DNA of 32,000 nucleotides. Source: Nitrosomonas sp. GTDB taxonomy: Bacteria > Pseudomonadota > Gammaproteobacteria > Burkholderiales > Nitrosomonadaceae. Each line of letters starts with the position of its first letter. Within the stretch, counting starts at the first letter, position 1. A program made the position numbers and the translations under genes. Below, piece by piece: positions 8,590 through 17,217 of the stretch. The stretch lies in assembly GCA_024281825.1 (NCBI GenBank), contig JAMWZY010000003.1:43026-75025 (forward strand), in the 5' to 3' direction. The notes beneath the pieces are model-generated. The model worked only from the letters and a program-made list of their open reading frames with translations. It searched no databases and was not told the origin of the DNA.

Positions 8590-8616
8590 GGAACTAGGAC
8601 AATCTTCGTTGTCTAA
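8590..8616 (+). promoter_or_regulatory. candidate sigma-E (ECF)-type promoter GGAACTA-N15-TCTAA upstream of amoC
   Basis: GGAACTA at 8590..8596, a 15-nt spacer, and TCTAA at 8612..8616. This is close to the enterobacterial RpoE consensus GGAACTT-N16-TCnAA. It sits about 55 nt upstream of the amoC ATG, and an AGGAGA Shine-Dalgarno lies at 8660..8665. Confidence 0.45.
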
Positions 8617-8670
8617 CCACTTGGTCAATCTTGATACTGGTTTCTATTAACAACCTAATAGGAGAATAAA

Positions 8671-9480
8671 ATGGCAACGACGTATGGCACGAGTAGTGCG
8701 AGCAAGAGTGCTGATTATGACATGTCGCTGTGGTATGACTCTAAATACTACAAGTTAGGCATGATAACGATGTTATTGGTAGCGATATTTTGGATATGGT
8801 TCCAAAGGACCTTTGCGTATTCGCATGGTATGGACTCGATGGAACCTGAGTTTGACAAGGTATGGATGGGGCTGTGGCGAGTGCACATGACGCTGATGCC
8901 GTTGTTTGCGTTGGTGACTTGGGGTTGGATCCTGAAGACACGTGATACCAAAGAGCAACTGGACAATTTGGACACGAAGCTTGAGATCAAACGTTATTTT
9001 TACTGGATGATGTGGCTGGGTGTTTATTTGTTTGGTGTTTACTGGGGCGGCAGCTTCTTTACCGAACAAGACGCATCTTGGCACCAAGTGATCATTCGTG
9101 ACACCAGCTTTACGCCAAGTCACGTAGTAGTGTTTTATGGTTCATTCCCGATGTACATCGTATGTGGCGTAGCGTCATACTTGTACGCAATGACCCGTCT
9201 GCCACTGTATAGCCGTGGCACGTCATTCCCGTTGGTAATGGCGATTGCTGGTCCATTGATGATTCTGCCGAACGTTGGTTTGAATGAATGGGGCCATGCA
9301 TTCTGGTTCATGGAAGAATTGTTTAGTGCGCCATTGCACTGGGGCTTTGTGATTCTGGGTTGGGCTGGTTTATTTTCAGGTGGTATAGCGGCACAAATTA
9401 TCACCCGTTACTCAAACCTGACCGATGTAACCTGGAACAATGCTAGCAGAGAAATTCTGAATAACCGCATCGTTCCTTAA
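8671..9480 (+). CDS. amoC: ammonia monooxygenase subunit C, orphan copy (amoC3-type)
   Basis: 269-aa ORF with strong AmoC/PmoC family sequence ([19 protein letters not shown]; [23 protein letters not shown]; [28 protein letters not shown]). D134-x3-H138-x12-H151 has the same spacing as the PmoC metal site D156/H160/H173. There is a strong RBS. No amoA or amoB lies anywhere in the window. Confidence 0.95.
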   Translation: MATTYGTSSASKSADYDMSLWYDSKYYKLGMITMLLVAIFWIWFQRTFAYSHGMDSMEPEFDKVWMGLWRVHMTLMPLFALVTWGWILKTRDTKEQLDNLDTKLEIKRYFYWMMWLGVYLFGVYWGGSFFTEQDASWHQVIIRDTSFTPSHVVVFYGSFPMYIVCGVASYLYAMTRLPLYSRGTSFPLVMAIAGPLMILPNVGLNEWGHAFWFMEELFSAPLHWGFVILGWAGLFSGGIAAQIITRYSNLTDVTWNNASREILNNRIVP

Positions 9481-9498
9481 TTTTTAATTGATATCCAT

Positions 9499-9530
9499 AT
9501 TCCATGGTTTATCCCGATAAGCCATGGAAT
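9499..9530 (+). other. inverted repeat or hairpin between amoC and the downstream ORF
   Basis: ATTCCATGG (9499..9507) and CCATGGAAT (9522..9530) form 9-bp arms around a 14-nt loop. An A-run follows rather than a U-run, so this is not a canonical intrinsic terminator. Confidence 0.3.
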
Positions 9531-9565
9531 TATCAAAAAAATGTTTAATCACATACGAGGAATAT

Positions 9566-10120
9566 ATGATTATGCTAAAAAAAATAACAGGATATACCTT
9601 TACAGCGATCATCTTGTTTACATTGCATTCCGGATTGGCTATAGCGCACGGAAAAGTGAATTTGGACGCGGATATTTGCGTACGTAACATATCGGGTAGC
9701 ATGGTGCACTTAAGCACGTATCAACCGCAGTATGACCCTGCAGCGGAATATTGCACCGAAATTCCCAAAGAAGGCGAAACTTTATGGGTTCTAGATTTAG
9801 TCGACCAAGCATTACGCGATATGCCTGTTGCAATTAAAATTGTAAAAGGCAGCGGAACTTTGAGTGATACCATCACGTCGCTCTATTCTACCAACCACGG
9901 CGATGGAATCATCAAAGGCGCATTCAATTTGGATGAAGGACAATATACACTTTTTGTAACCGGAGAAGGCATTCCTCCATTACATTATGAATATCCGTTA
10001 AGAATTCAAATGACCAATTATAAGGATCTGTTTTTTTCATATGCACCTTATATGATCATGTTTCTGTTGCTTGCTTTAATGACGGATAAAATCTTGAAGC
10101 ATCGTAAATTAAGAAGTTAG
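9566..10120 (+). CDS. hypothetical secreted protein with a C-terminal transmembrane anchor, linked to amoC
   Basis: The ORF track starts it at 9524. The in-frame ATG at 9566 has a GAGG RBS 5 nt upstream and yields a clean Sec signal peptide, MIMLKKITGYTFTAIILFTLHSGLAIA|HGKV. Two Cys residues and a mostly beta-type sequence follow, with a C-terminal TM helix (FFSYAPYMIMFLLLALMT) and a basic tail. I recognise no family. Confidence 0.6.
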   Translation: MIMLKKITGYTFTAIILFTLHSGLAIAHGKVNLDADICVRNISGSMVHLSTYQPQYDPAAEYCTEIPKEGETLWVLDLVDQALRDMPVAIKIVKGSGTLSDTITSLYSTNHGDGIIKGAFNLDEGQYTLFVTGEGIPPLHYEYPLRIQMTNYKDLFFSYAPYMIMFLLLALMTDKILKHRKLRS

Positions 10121-10168
10121 ATTTTTTAAGAACCAACGGACTTCAATTATGGTGATCAATTCTGCCAA

Positions 10169-10804
10169 TCACATTTTTGGCATAAAAAAACGTAAAATTA
10201 GGCTCTTAAGTATCAATAACTTACCATGAAAAAAATGCCCAGCACCCGGAATCATTACAATTGGTAGCGATTGGGGTGCTGCCCAAGCCAGGATTGATTT
10301 AGGCGTTACCACATCATCCTGATCACCCTGAATAATCAAGGCATAATGGTTTCTTTCAGGCGGAACAGGAGCTTCCAAATGCACAACGGATGGCGCAACC
10401 AAAATGAGAAATTTTGGATTCAGGGCTTGAGCAGCATGCAACTGAATAGCACCACCAAAAGAAAAACCAGATAGTAATAAAGGCAGATGCAGTAGGTCGG
10501 TGTACTGTTCGCGAATAACGCGGGTGACCGTTAACACATCGGCCAATTCCCCAACGCCATGATCAAAAACCCCTTCACTTTGACCAATACCGCGAAAATT
10601 GAATTTTACCGTAATAAAACCGAGCTCTAAAAAAGTGTTGAACAACGTATGCACCACTTTGTTATCCATCGTTCCACCATACAATGGATGCGGATGAGCC
10701 ACGATAGCGATACCTTTGGGGGATGTACTCGGTTTTGCCAATACCGTCTCCAATTTTCCAGCAATACCTGCAATAAAAAACCTTTCAGGCTGATGCGATT
10801 TCAT
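10169..10804 (-). CDS. alpha/beta-fold hydrolase (COG2945-like)
   Basis: 211-aa ORF with HPHPLYGGTMDNKVV, FNFRGIGQSEG, the nucleophile elbow GFSFGG and the C-terminal GAGHFFHG. These are typical of the small predicted alpha/beta hydrolases. Confidence 0.8.
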   Translation of the reverse strand: MKSHQPERFFIAGIAGKLETVLAKPSTSPKGIAIVAHPHPLYGGTMDNKVVHTLFNTFLELGFITVKFNFRGIGQSEGVFDHGVGELADVLTVTRVIREQYTDLLHLPLLLSGFSFGGAIQLHAAQALNPKFLILVAPSVVHLEAPVPPERNHYALIIQGDQDDVVTPKSILAWAAPQSLPIVMIPGAGHFFHGKLLILKSLILRFFMPKM

Positions 10805-10846
10805 TTGAATGGTATCTTAGAAAAAAAGCTTGAACATAACCTTTGA

Positions 10847-11155
10847 TCAAATCTTCAAGCGTTCAACAACATTGCCTTTAACCAAATGCTCATCAATAAT
10901 TTCATCAATATCTTCCTTATCGATATAGGTATACCAAGTCTCATTCGGATAAACCACAATCACCGGCCCTTCGTTACAGCGATCTAGACAACCCGCGTTG
11001 TTAATGCGAATCTTGTTTTTTCCATCGAGTTTTAATGATTTAATGCGTTGTTTAGCGTAATCGCGCAATGCTTGTGCCCCTAAATCATTACAGCATTTGG
11101 CGCCACCCTCGCGCTGGTTGATGCAAAAAAAAATGTGGTGCTGATAGTAACTCAT
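10847..11155 (-). CDS. thioredoxin-like [2Fe-2S] ferredoxin
   Basis: Cys ligand pattern HHIFFCINQREGGAKCC ... NAGCLDRCNEGPVIVVYP. The track ORF (to 11251) adds 32 poorly plausible residues. The internal ATG giving MSYYQHHIFFC (start 11155) fits the usual length of about 100 aa. Confidence 0.75.
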   Translation of the reverse strand: MSYYQHHIFFCINQREGGAKCCNDLGAQALRDYAKQRIKSLKLDGKNKIRINNAGCLDRCNEGPVIVVYPNETWYTYIDKEDIDEIIDEHLVKGNVVERLKI

Positions 11156-11465
11156 AAACGTGTCATTCAAATAGTCATGAAAAAGAGAGTTGATTTTACA
11201 AAATTTACAACCCTCGCTGTAAATTTCATGACTCAACAACAAAATTAACACTCTCTTATGTCAAACAACAAATCAGGGAAGTGCGAAAACAAAGCAAATA
11301 AATAGAATCGTGCGTCAGCAATACGATCACCAAATAAATATGATGGCCTGCCAGAACAGAATCTTTTCACACAAGTAATCAGTTGAAATATAACGCCAAA
11401 GACCTCTTAAAAAGCTAACCAAAGTCTTTATGTTATTGATGACATGAATAACAGATATGGCGATG

Positions 11466-12368
11466 TCACATATTCCAAGGGATAGTGCGATTCTCAATGA
11501 GAACTCTCAGTGAATCGACACTGGGTGCATAATACTGTTTGAGCCGCGCATAGTCTTGCTCGGAGATTCGATCGTAACCTTCCCGAGCTTGATTGGTTTT
11601 TTTGTATAAATCCACTAGCAATTGTTTTAATTGTGGGCGTTGCCGCAAGAATCTCTCGGATTTTGCATTGAGCCAAACGGCTATTTTATGCAACCATTTG
11701 AGTCGGCTTTCATAGGTCACGTTGATTTTCTTAAAATCATAATCAGCAAAATAGTCCGATGGAATTTCCAGGAATTGGCAGAGTTCTTGCATAAAACCAA
11801 GAATATCGCGATTCATATCTTCAAAAAACATGATTTTTATTTGCTTGGCTGGGAAGCATTGATAGTAATATTTCAGATATTCAGCGTACCGGCCATAACT
11901 AATCACTTTCAGATACCATTCATCCATACCTAGCTCAGCAGGTGATTTCTGCCTGGAATCATACGCGATACATTGATCAATATATTCTGAAAAAAGCATA
12001 TCTTTTCGGATGTTGAGTTTTCCGACATGAAAATTAAACGAAGAATACATCCGATCCACCGGATCTCTTAGAATAAATAGTAATTTTGTTTGTGGTATCA
12101 ATGCATGGATACGCGGTGCAACCTCCATACCACTACCAAGATAGCCCGGTGAAGCTTCCATCACGATGGTCTTTTGCTCACAGTGATTGGAAAAATATTT
12201 GATGTACTTTAGCGTATCGTTGCCGTGATCGCCAGAATATCCATTGCGAAAAAAATCCGTTTCTTTCACAGCAGAACCACAAACTAAAGGGTGTGTGCTT
12301 AAATAAGTAAATATAGAAGTGGTACCAGCTTTTTCTGTGCCTGCGATAATGAAATTAGCTAATGTCAC
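11466..12368 (-). CDS. PAPS-dependent sulfotransferase family protein
   Basis: 300-aa ORF. The 5'-phosphosulfate-binding loop is IIAGTEKAGTTSIF and the 3'-phosphate-binding region is FILRDPVDRMYSSFNF. It is the last gene of the minus-strand glycan operon. Confidence 0.85.
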   Translation of the reverse strand: MTLANFIIAGTEKAGTTSIFTYLSTHPLVCGSAVKETDFFRNGYSGDHGNDTLKYIKYFSNHCEQKTIVMEASPGYLGSGMEVAPRIHALIPQTKLLFILRDPVDRMYSSFNFHVGKLNIRKDMLFSEYIDQCIAYDSRQKSPAELGMDEWYLKVISYGRYAEYLKYYYQCFPAKQIKIMFFEDMNRDILGFMQELCQFLEIPSDYFADYDFKKINVTYESRLKWLHKIAVWLNAKSERFLRQRPQLKQLLVDLYKKTNQAREGYDRISEQDYARLKQYYAPSVDSLRVLIENRTIPWNM

Positions 12369-12461
12369 AGCGATATTCCTTTCCTAAGTAACTGCGTCGC
12401 ATAATCAGAATAATTGGAATCGGGTTTCTAGTAGAAACCATACCCGCCCAATCAGTTAAAT

Positions 12462-13259
12462 TTATTTAATGGTTTGCACATTATGGATAAGAGGTTGTTC
12501 TTGCAAGGCTCTCTTTCCCTTTAATCGACGCCATAATACGCGCATCATGAAAACTGGATTACCTAGAACATACCGTGCAAACATTCTTTTCGGCTCCATC
12601 ATCAATCGAAAAACCCATTCCAATCCAAGTTTACGAATAAAATAAGGCGCTCGGGGCACGGTTCCTGAATAAAAATCGAATAATGCACCTACCCCTATTA
12701 GAATGGGTGTTTGCAGTTTTTCCGCGTGACGCGCTATCCATAATTCCTGATTCGGTACGCCCATCGCTATCAGGAGAATTCGCGCACCACTATTATTGAT
12801 AGACTGGATAATGCTTTCTGCATCATTTGGATTGAAGTAACCATCGTGTGTCCAAACAATATTCAAATGCGGAAATTGTTTTTTCATGTTGTCGGCGCAT
12901 TGCTGGGCTATACCAGAGCGCGCGCCCAACAATGCGAGACTAACTTGTTCACGAGCAGCTTCGCGGCAAATAATAGGAAATAAATCGGTTCCATTAACAT
13001 TGTCTTTGAGCCAAAAGCCCGCCAGTTTTGCGGCCTGCCGCATGCCACTGCCATCCGCATACAATAAGGCTTGGTCCTGCAATACCCGCAGATAGTTTGC
13101 ATCATTCGCAGCAACATTAACACAATGGGCATTCAGAAAGAAAACTTTGCAACGGTTGTTTTGCTTGGCATCGGCAACAATACTGGCACCTGCTTCATCA
13201 AGCGTTGTATCTTTGATGTTTAATCCAAATAGGGGTATGTACGTCATAGAGGTTGTCAC
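12462..13259 (-). CDS. WecB/TagA/CpsF family (GT26) glycosyltransferase
   Basis: 265-aa ORF with typical family blocks: FFLNAHCVNVA, DGSGM, NGTDL, LLGARSGIAQ, LIAMGVPNQELW, IGVGALFDFYSG and LEWVFRL. The start is either GTG 13259, which overlaps the upstream stop (GTGA), or ATG 13247. Confidence 0.85.
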   Translation of the reverse strand: MTTSMTYIPLFGLNIKDTTLDEAGASIVADAKQNNRCKVFFLNAHCVNVAANDANYLRVLQDQALLYADGSGMRQAAKLAGFWLKDNVNGTDLFPIICREAAREQVSLALLGARSGIAQQCADNMKKQFPHLNIVWTHDGYFNPNDAESIIQSINNSGARILLIAMGVPNQELWIARHAEKLQTPILIGVGALFDFYSGTVPRAPYFIRKLGLEWVFRLMMEPKRMFARYVLGNPVFMMRVLWRRLKGKRALQEQPLIHNVQTIK

Positions 13260-14371
13260 TTCTTGAGTATCGCGTCATAAACACCAGCAACAGCTTTAGC
13301 CATGCTACGGTCTGAAAAATTAGCAACCTGAAGCTGATATGCTTTCTCGCGCATGTTAGTCCATTGGTATTTACCATCCATTAACTCAGCGATCGCTTTG
13401 GCTAATTGCTGCGCATCTCCGGCAGGCACCACTAAACCCGTCTGGCCATGTTCCAATACTTCTGGAATACCTTCTACATTGGATGCCACAACCGGCACAC
13501 CCGTTGCCATAGCTTCCAGAATAACCATCGGCATACCTTCTCCGAATAAGCTTGGAAGCGTCATAACGTCCATTTTGTGAAATTCTAGTTCGATTTTTTG
13601 TACAAATCCAATCCAGTCAATCATGTCTGCAACACCTAGCCGGATGGCCAACGCTTTAATGGTTTTTTCATACTCTAGCGTTTCAAATGGGCCTACCGCA
13701 CGTAATCGAACGGTCTTTCCCATTTGCTTTAAATCGGCCAAAGCTTGAATCAACACCTCCAGTCCTTTTCGCGGACGAAATAATGCCACGCTGCCAATAA
13801 TCCATTCCAAACTTGGAGGCAAACGCTCAGGCAATGGCCCGGGAGTCACTACACCATTCGCTGCTGTGGTAATTTTTGTACGCGGCCAACCTTGTTTTTG
13901 CAGATAAGCTTCTAAGCTTTTTGATACAGGAATCAATTGCGAAACACCAATTAGGCTTAACCGTTCCATCATGGCATTGATATAATTGCGCAGCAGGTTT
14001 TCGGTATCTCTTGTGGTGGGACTGTGAACATGATGAACTAATGGCAACCCAGCCATCCAAGCGGCAAGACGTCCCAACAATACGGCCCTAGGCGTATGTG
14101 AATGAATAACCGCATACTGATCCCGTCGTGCAATAGCCGCAATTTCTCTTACGCAAGCTAAATCAAATTTGGATTTCATCGGCACTTCATAGAGCGGCAC
14201 TGTAGAAACCCTATTGGCTGCAAATTTAACCGGTTTTAAACAAACAAAACCAACTTCGTAACCATAGTCAGGTAAACTTAGCGCTAGCACATCTTGAACT
14301 CTTTCAGCACCAGAGAAAAATTCACCATTAATAATATGTAATATTTTGGCTTTAGTTTTACTAGTCTTCAT
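13256..14371 (-). CDS. glycosyltransferase family 4 (GT-B, group 1)
   Basis: 371-aa ORF with N-terminal ILHIINGEFFSGAERV and the C-terminal EX7E-type region PSLFGEGMPMVILEAMATGVPVVASNVEGIPEV. Confidence 0.85.
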   Translation of the reverse strand: MKTSKTKAKILHIINGEFFSGAERVQDVLALSLPDYGYEVGFVCLKPVKFAANRVSTVPLYEVPMKSKFDLACVREIAAIARRDQYAVIHSHTPRAVLLGRLAAWMAGLPLVHHVHSPTTRDTENLLRNYINAMMERLSLIGVSQLIPVSKSLEAYLQKQGWPRTKITTAANGVVTPGPLPERLPPSLEWIIGSVALFRPRKGLEVLIQALADLKQMGKTVRLRAVGPFETLEYEKTIKALAIRLGVADMIDWIGFVQKIELEFHKMDVMTLPSLFGEGMPMVILEAMATGVPVVASNVEGIPEVLEHGQTGLVVPAGDAQQLAKAIAELMDGKYQWTNMREKAYQLQVANFSDRSMAKAVAGVYDAILKK

Positions 14372-14421
14372 CTAAAGTTAACCGTGAAATGTAAATATTG
14401 CTTTAGGATCAAAAAATTCCG

Positions 14422-15939
14422 TCAATATTTTGGGTTATTCCATACAAACGGCGTAAAGAATCGAGCTTGTTGTCGTAGCCCGCGGCGTAACAATGCCATA
14501 TCATTACGATTAAGTGGCTTAACGAACACCAAACCAACACAGTACAACAAAAGTACAGCCCCAAGCCCCCACCACGCACTGTACTCTTGACCGACTATCC
14601 AACCAACAATTGTCGATAAAGCAGCCAGAGCAATTCCGCGCAAAGCGCCATACCAATCTAATTCAATACGTTCAGCTTGACGGTTGAGCCACATTAAAAT
14701 AGTGCTATTCAAAATCCATAGGCTTAGCATAATTCCGATCACGACCCCAATCAAACCCCAGTGCGATCCAATAATGACCGATATCGGTACTAGGATAGCC
14801 AATAAACTAAAGTATCGCAGTTGATGCGTATAGGAAAAAATTTGCATGGATGAATTAATTAATTGACTTTGCCCGGCCGCACCTAAGCCGATTAGCATAA
14901 TCAGCATTACCGTTCCGGCATCCACAAAGCGGTCGCTGCTGATAAATGCAATTAGCGTATCACCTGCAATAGCAATCGATGCGACGCAGATGGCCACAAT
15001 TAATAGATTGATTTTCCATAATAAGGCCACGGTTTGGCTGACAATACTGATTTCACCAGCGGTATACCGTGAAATCAAGATAGGCCGAATGATGTTGTAA
15101 AGCAAATTAGCAGGCAAGTAACGACCGATGATAGTCTGTAGTTGCTGTAAAAAAGCAAACATACCGGCTGCTTCCAAACCCAATACCCTAGCTACTAAAA
15201 TTCTTAGTGTCCCGGGGCCGGCGGTAGCCCATAATAAACTCGTCCCCATCATATGCCAAACAAAAGTCACAATTTCTCGCACACTGACATAATAATCGCC
15301 GGTACCTGGCAAGTTTCTTAGCTTTTTGATTAAAAATAATTCAGCTAACAGAAAACAACTGGTCGAAATGATCAAGTCAATGTACAACAGTTTTTCCAGC
15401 GTTAAAGTTCCGGCTAGCGTCAGTAATGCTACACCGATGATGCGTCCGATCGGCATCAATGCTTGTGTCATTTGAGACCAGCGTTGTTCTAAAAGGCACT
15501 CGAGCATTTCAACAGTAAATCGGAACCCTATGACGGTAATAATAAGGCCTGTAGCAATAATCGTGCTATTTTGCTGCACGACACTAAAACCAAGCCAAAC
15601 GGTAATTTCTGGCCAAAAGGAAACAATGGTCGTTGAAAAAACAATCAAAATTGCAAAGCGAATCAAAGCCATCCAGCTAACAAATTTGGATAAAAGCCCA
15701 GGAGCTCCACGGTCCGCCAACTCCGGCAAAAATCTTCGCACGCCTTCTATCATACCGAGAGAACTCAAAGGCATCAGCATCTCTACCATACCCCATAACA
15801 CCATGTAAGCACCGTAATCGCTAGGCGATAAAATACGTACTAGCCAAAGTGTTAGCGCAAAAAACGCAATAGCCTGCGTCACTCTCCCCAACAGAAAATG
15901 CTGGAGAGCTTTGCGAAAACGTTTCCCTGAATAGAGCAT
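14422..15939 (-). CDS. Wzx-like oligosaccharide or polysaccharide flippase (MOP superfamily)
   Basis: About 505 aa of highly hydrophobic sequence with at least 12 predicted TM helices, flanked by glycosyltransferases. The track start (15951) is a TTG. The ATG at 15939 overlaps the upstream stop as TAATG and is preferred. Confidence 0.75.
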   Translation of the reverse strand: MLYSGKRFRKALQHFLLGRVTQAIAFFALTLWLVRILSPSDYGAYMVLWGMVEMLMPLSSLGMIEGVRRFLPELADRGAPGLLSKFVSWMALIRFAILIVFSTTIVSFWPEITVWLGFSVVQQNSTIIATGLIITVIGFRFTVEMLECLLEQRWSQMTQALMPIGRIIGVALLTLAGTLTLEKLLYIDLIISTSCFLLAELFLIKKLRNLPGTGDYYVSVREIVTFVWHMMGTSLLWATAGPGTLRILVARVLGLEAAGMFAFLQQLQTIIGRYLPANLLYNIIRPILISRYTAGEISIVSQTVALLWKINLLIVAICVASIAIAGDTLIAFISSDRFVDAGTVMLIMLIGLGAAGQSQLINSSMQIFSYTHQLRYFSLLAILVPISVIIGSHWGLIGVVIGIMLSLWILNSTILMWLNRQAERIELDWYGALRGIALAALSTIVGWIVGQEYSAWWGLGAVLLLYCVGLVFVKPLNRNDMALLRRGLRQQARFFTPFVWNNPKY

Positions 15940-17162
15940 TAGGTGGGACAAGCGGCTTTTCCTAATATTTTTTCATATTCCGATTCGACCAGGTCAGCGA
16001 TAACATCGTAAGTCCTGTTCTTTCTAACCCAATCGGGACCTTTTGCTGCCATGTTTTTTGCACGTTCTGGATCTTCTAGTAAATAAAATACTGCATCAGC
16101 AAAAGCTTTTTCATCCCACTCGACACAACGGCCTATACCACTATCCTCCATCACTTGGCACTGCTCCGGCAGTTCATTCGCGACAACGCATTTACCCATT
16201 GCCATGTATTCGATCAATTTGGTAGGCGATGCAGGAAGAAAAACTGGAGAAGGATAGATAGGAGAAAAACAAATATCGGCTTGTTTAACCAATTTCCAAG
16301 CCTCATCCATCGGCAGAAATCCAGTGATCGTAACATCCGACATCAATCCCAGCCGAATCATTTCTTCCTCTACAGCCTGCGAGTCACTTGGCATTTGCCC
16401 GTCACCGACGTACAACAAACGCGCTCCAGGGTAGCGTGATTTTACCCTGTGCAACACACGAACCAAGATTTCCGATTTACGCATCTTCATAATCAATCCA
16501 AGATGAAGAAGCAACGGGGTCCGCGTATTCGGCGCAGTAGCGTCATGAGCTTGTCCTACCTGATCGATACGGATACCCATAGGCACCGGGGTCATTTTGG
16601 ATAAGCAGATGCCTTGCTGCGCAACATCTTCTTTCATGCGTTGGCTTTGAACAAAAATATGGTCCGCGCATGGCAGAATGATTTTATAGAGTAAATTACG
16701 AATCAAATGACCTTTCAACCAAACCAGGTGGCGATAAGGTACTAACCGATTTCGTGCTTGATACAATTTTGATTCGGCAAAAGGATAGGACATCCAGTAC
16801 ACAAAACGTGCGCCGGTTAGTCTTGCTGCAAGCCAGGCAATTAAGCTAGCAAAAAACTTGTCGCGCACTTGAATAACATCGTAGCGTCCCCGAATCGCTA
16901 AAGGCAAAATCATCAAATCACCCAGCATACCGAGAAAATTATTGATGATTCTATGAATAAGTTTTTTACCTTTACTATGTGGCGTAAGATATACAGTGTT
17001 GCCCAACCATTGAGTGGGAGAAGTTTGGTTCGCCGCCTCTGAACCACGCTGCATCAACCATTCAATCTGATGTCCTCGAGCAAGCATTTGTTTAGCAAAT
17101 AAATCGACCACATCGGCCCGGAAGGGTGGAAAGCGATCTTCTACGATATACAGCAATTTCAT
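15939..17162 (-). CDS. glycosyltransferase family 4 (GT-B, group 1), first gene of the glycan operon
   Basis: C-terminal motif IYPSPVFLPASPTKLIEYMAMGKCVVANELPE. The track start (17219) is a TTG. The ATG at 17162 (MKLLYIVEDRFPP) has a GAAGGA RBS about 7 nt upstream and is preferred. Confidence 0.8.
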   Translation of the reverse strand: MKLLYIVEDRFPPFRADVVDLFAKQMLARGHQIEWLMQRGSEAANQTSPTQWLGNTVYLTPHSKGKKLIHRIINNFLGMLGDLMILPLAIRGRYDVIQVRDKFFASLIAWLAARLTGARFVYWMSYPFAESKLYQARNRLVPYRHLVWLKGHLIRNLLYKIILPCADHIFVQSQRMKEDVAQQGICLSKMTPVPMGIRIDQVGQAHDATAPNTRTPLLLHLGLIMKMRKSEILVRVLHRVKSRYPGARLLYVGDGQMPSDSQAVEEEMIRLGLMSDVTITGFLPMDEAWKLVKQADICFSPIYPSPVFLPASPTKLIEYMAMGKCVVANELPEQCQVMEDSGIGRCVEWDEKAFADAVFYLLEDPERAKNMAAKGPDWVRKNRTYDVIADLVESEYEKILGKAACPT

Positions 17163-17188
17163 AATTCGTCCTTCGTAGATTGGTAATC

Positions 17189-17217
17189 GGAATGAGGAAT
17201 GCACATCATTCCATTCC
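17189..17217 (-). promoter_or_regulatory. hairpin-forming inverted repeat in the leader of the glycan operon
   Basis: In GGAATGAGGAATGcacatCATTCCATTCC, the inner 6-bp stem (17196..17201 with 17207..17212) and an outer 5-bp stem enclose a 2-nt bulge. It lies 27-55 nt upstream of the preferred GT4 start at 17162. Confidence 0.25.

Noticed and set aside
8741-9404. Five ORFs of 63-116 aa on the minus strand, antisense to amoC
   Set aside because: They lie entirely inside a very confidently identified, well-conserved plus-strand gene and have low-complexity or odd composition. They are shadow ORFs.
9499-9530. The hairpin after amoC as a rho-independent terminator
   Set aside because: The stem is AU-rich with a 14-nt loop and is followed by an A-run, not a U-tract. 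I kept it only as an inverted repeat of unknown role.
8671-10120. amoC plus the downstream ORF as the start of an amoCAB operon
   Set aside because: The downstream ORF has 184 aa with one signal peptide and one TM helix. It has none of the AmoA features (about 275 aa, polytopic), and no AmoB-like gene follows; the next gene is convergent.
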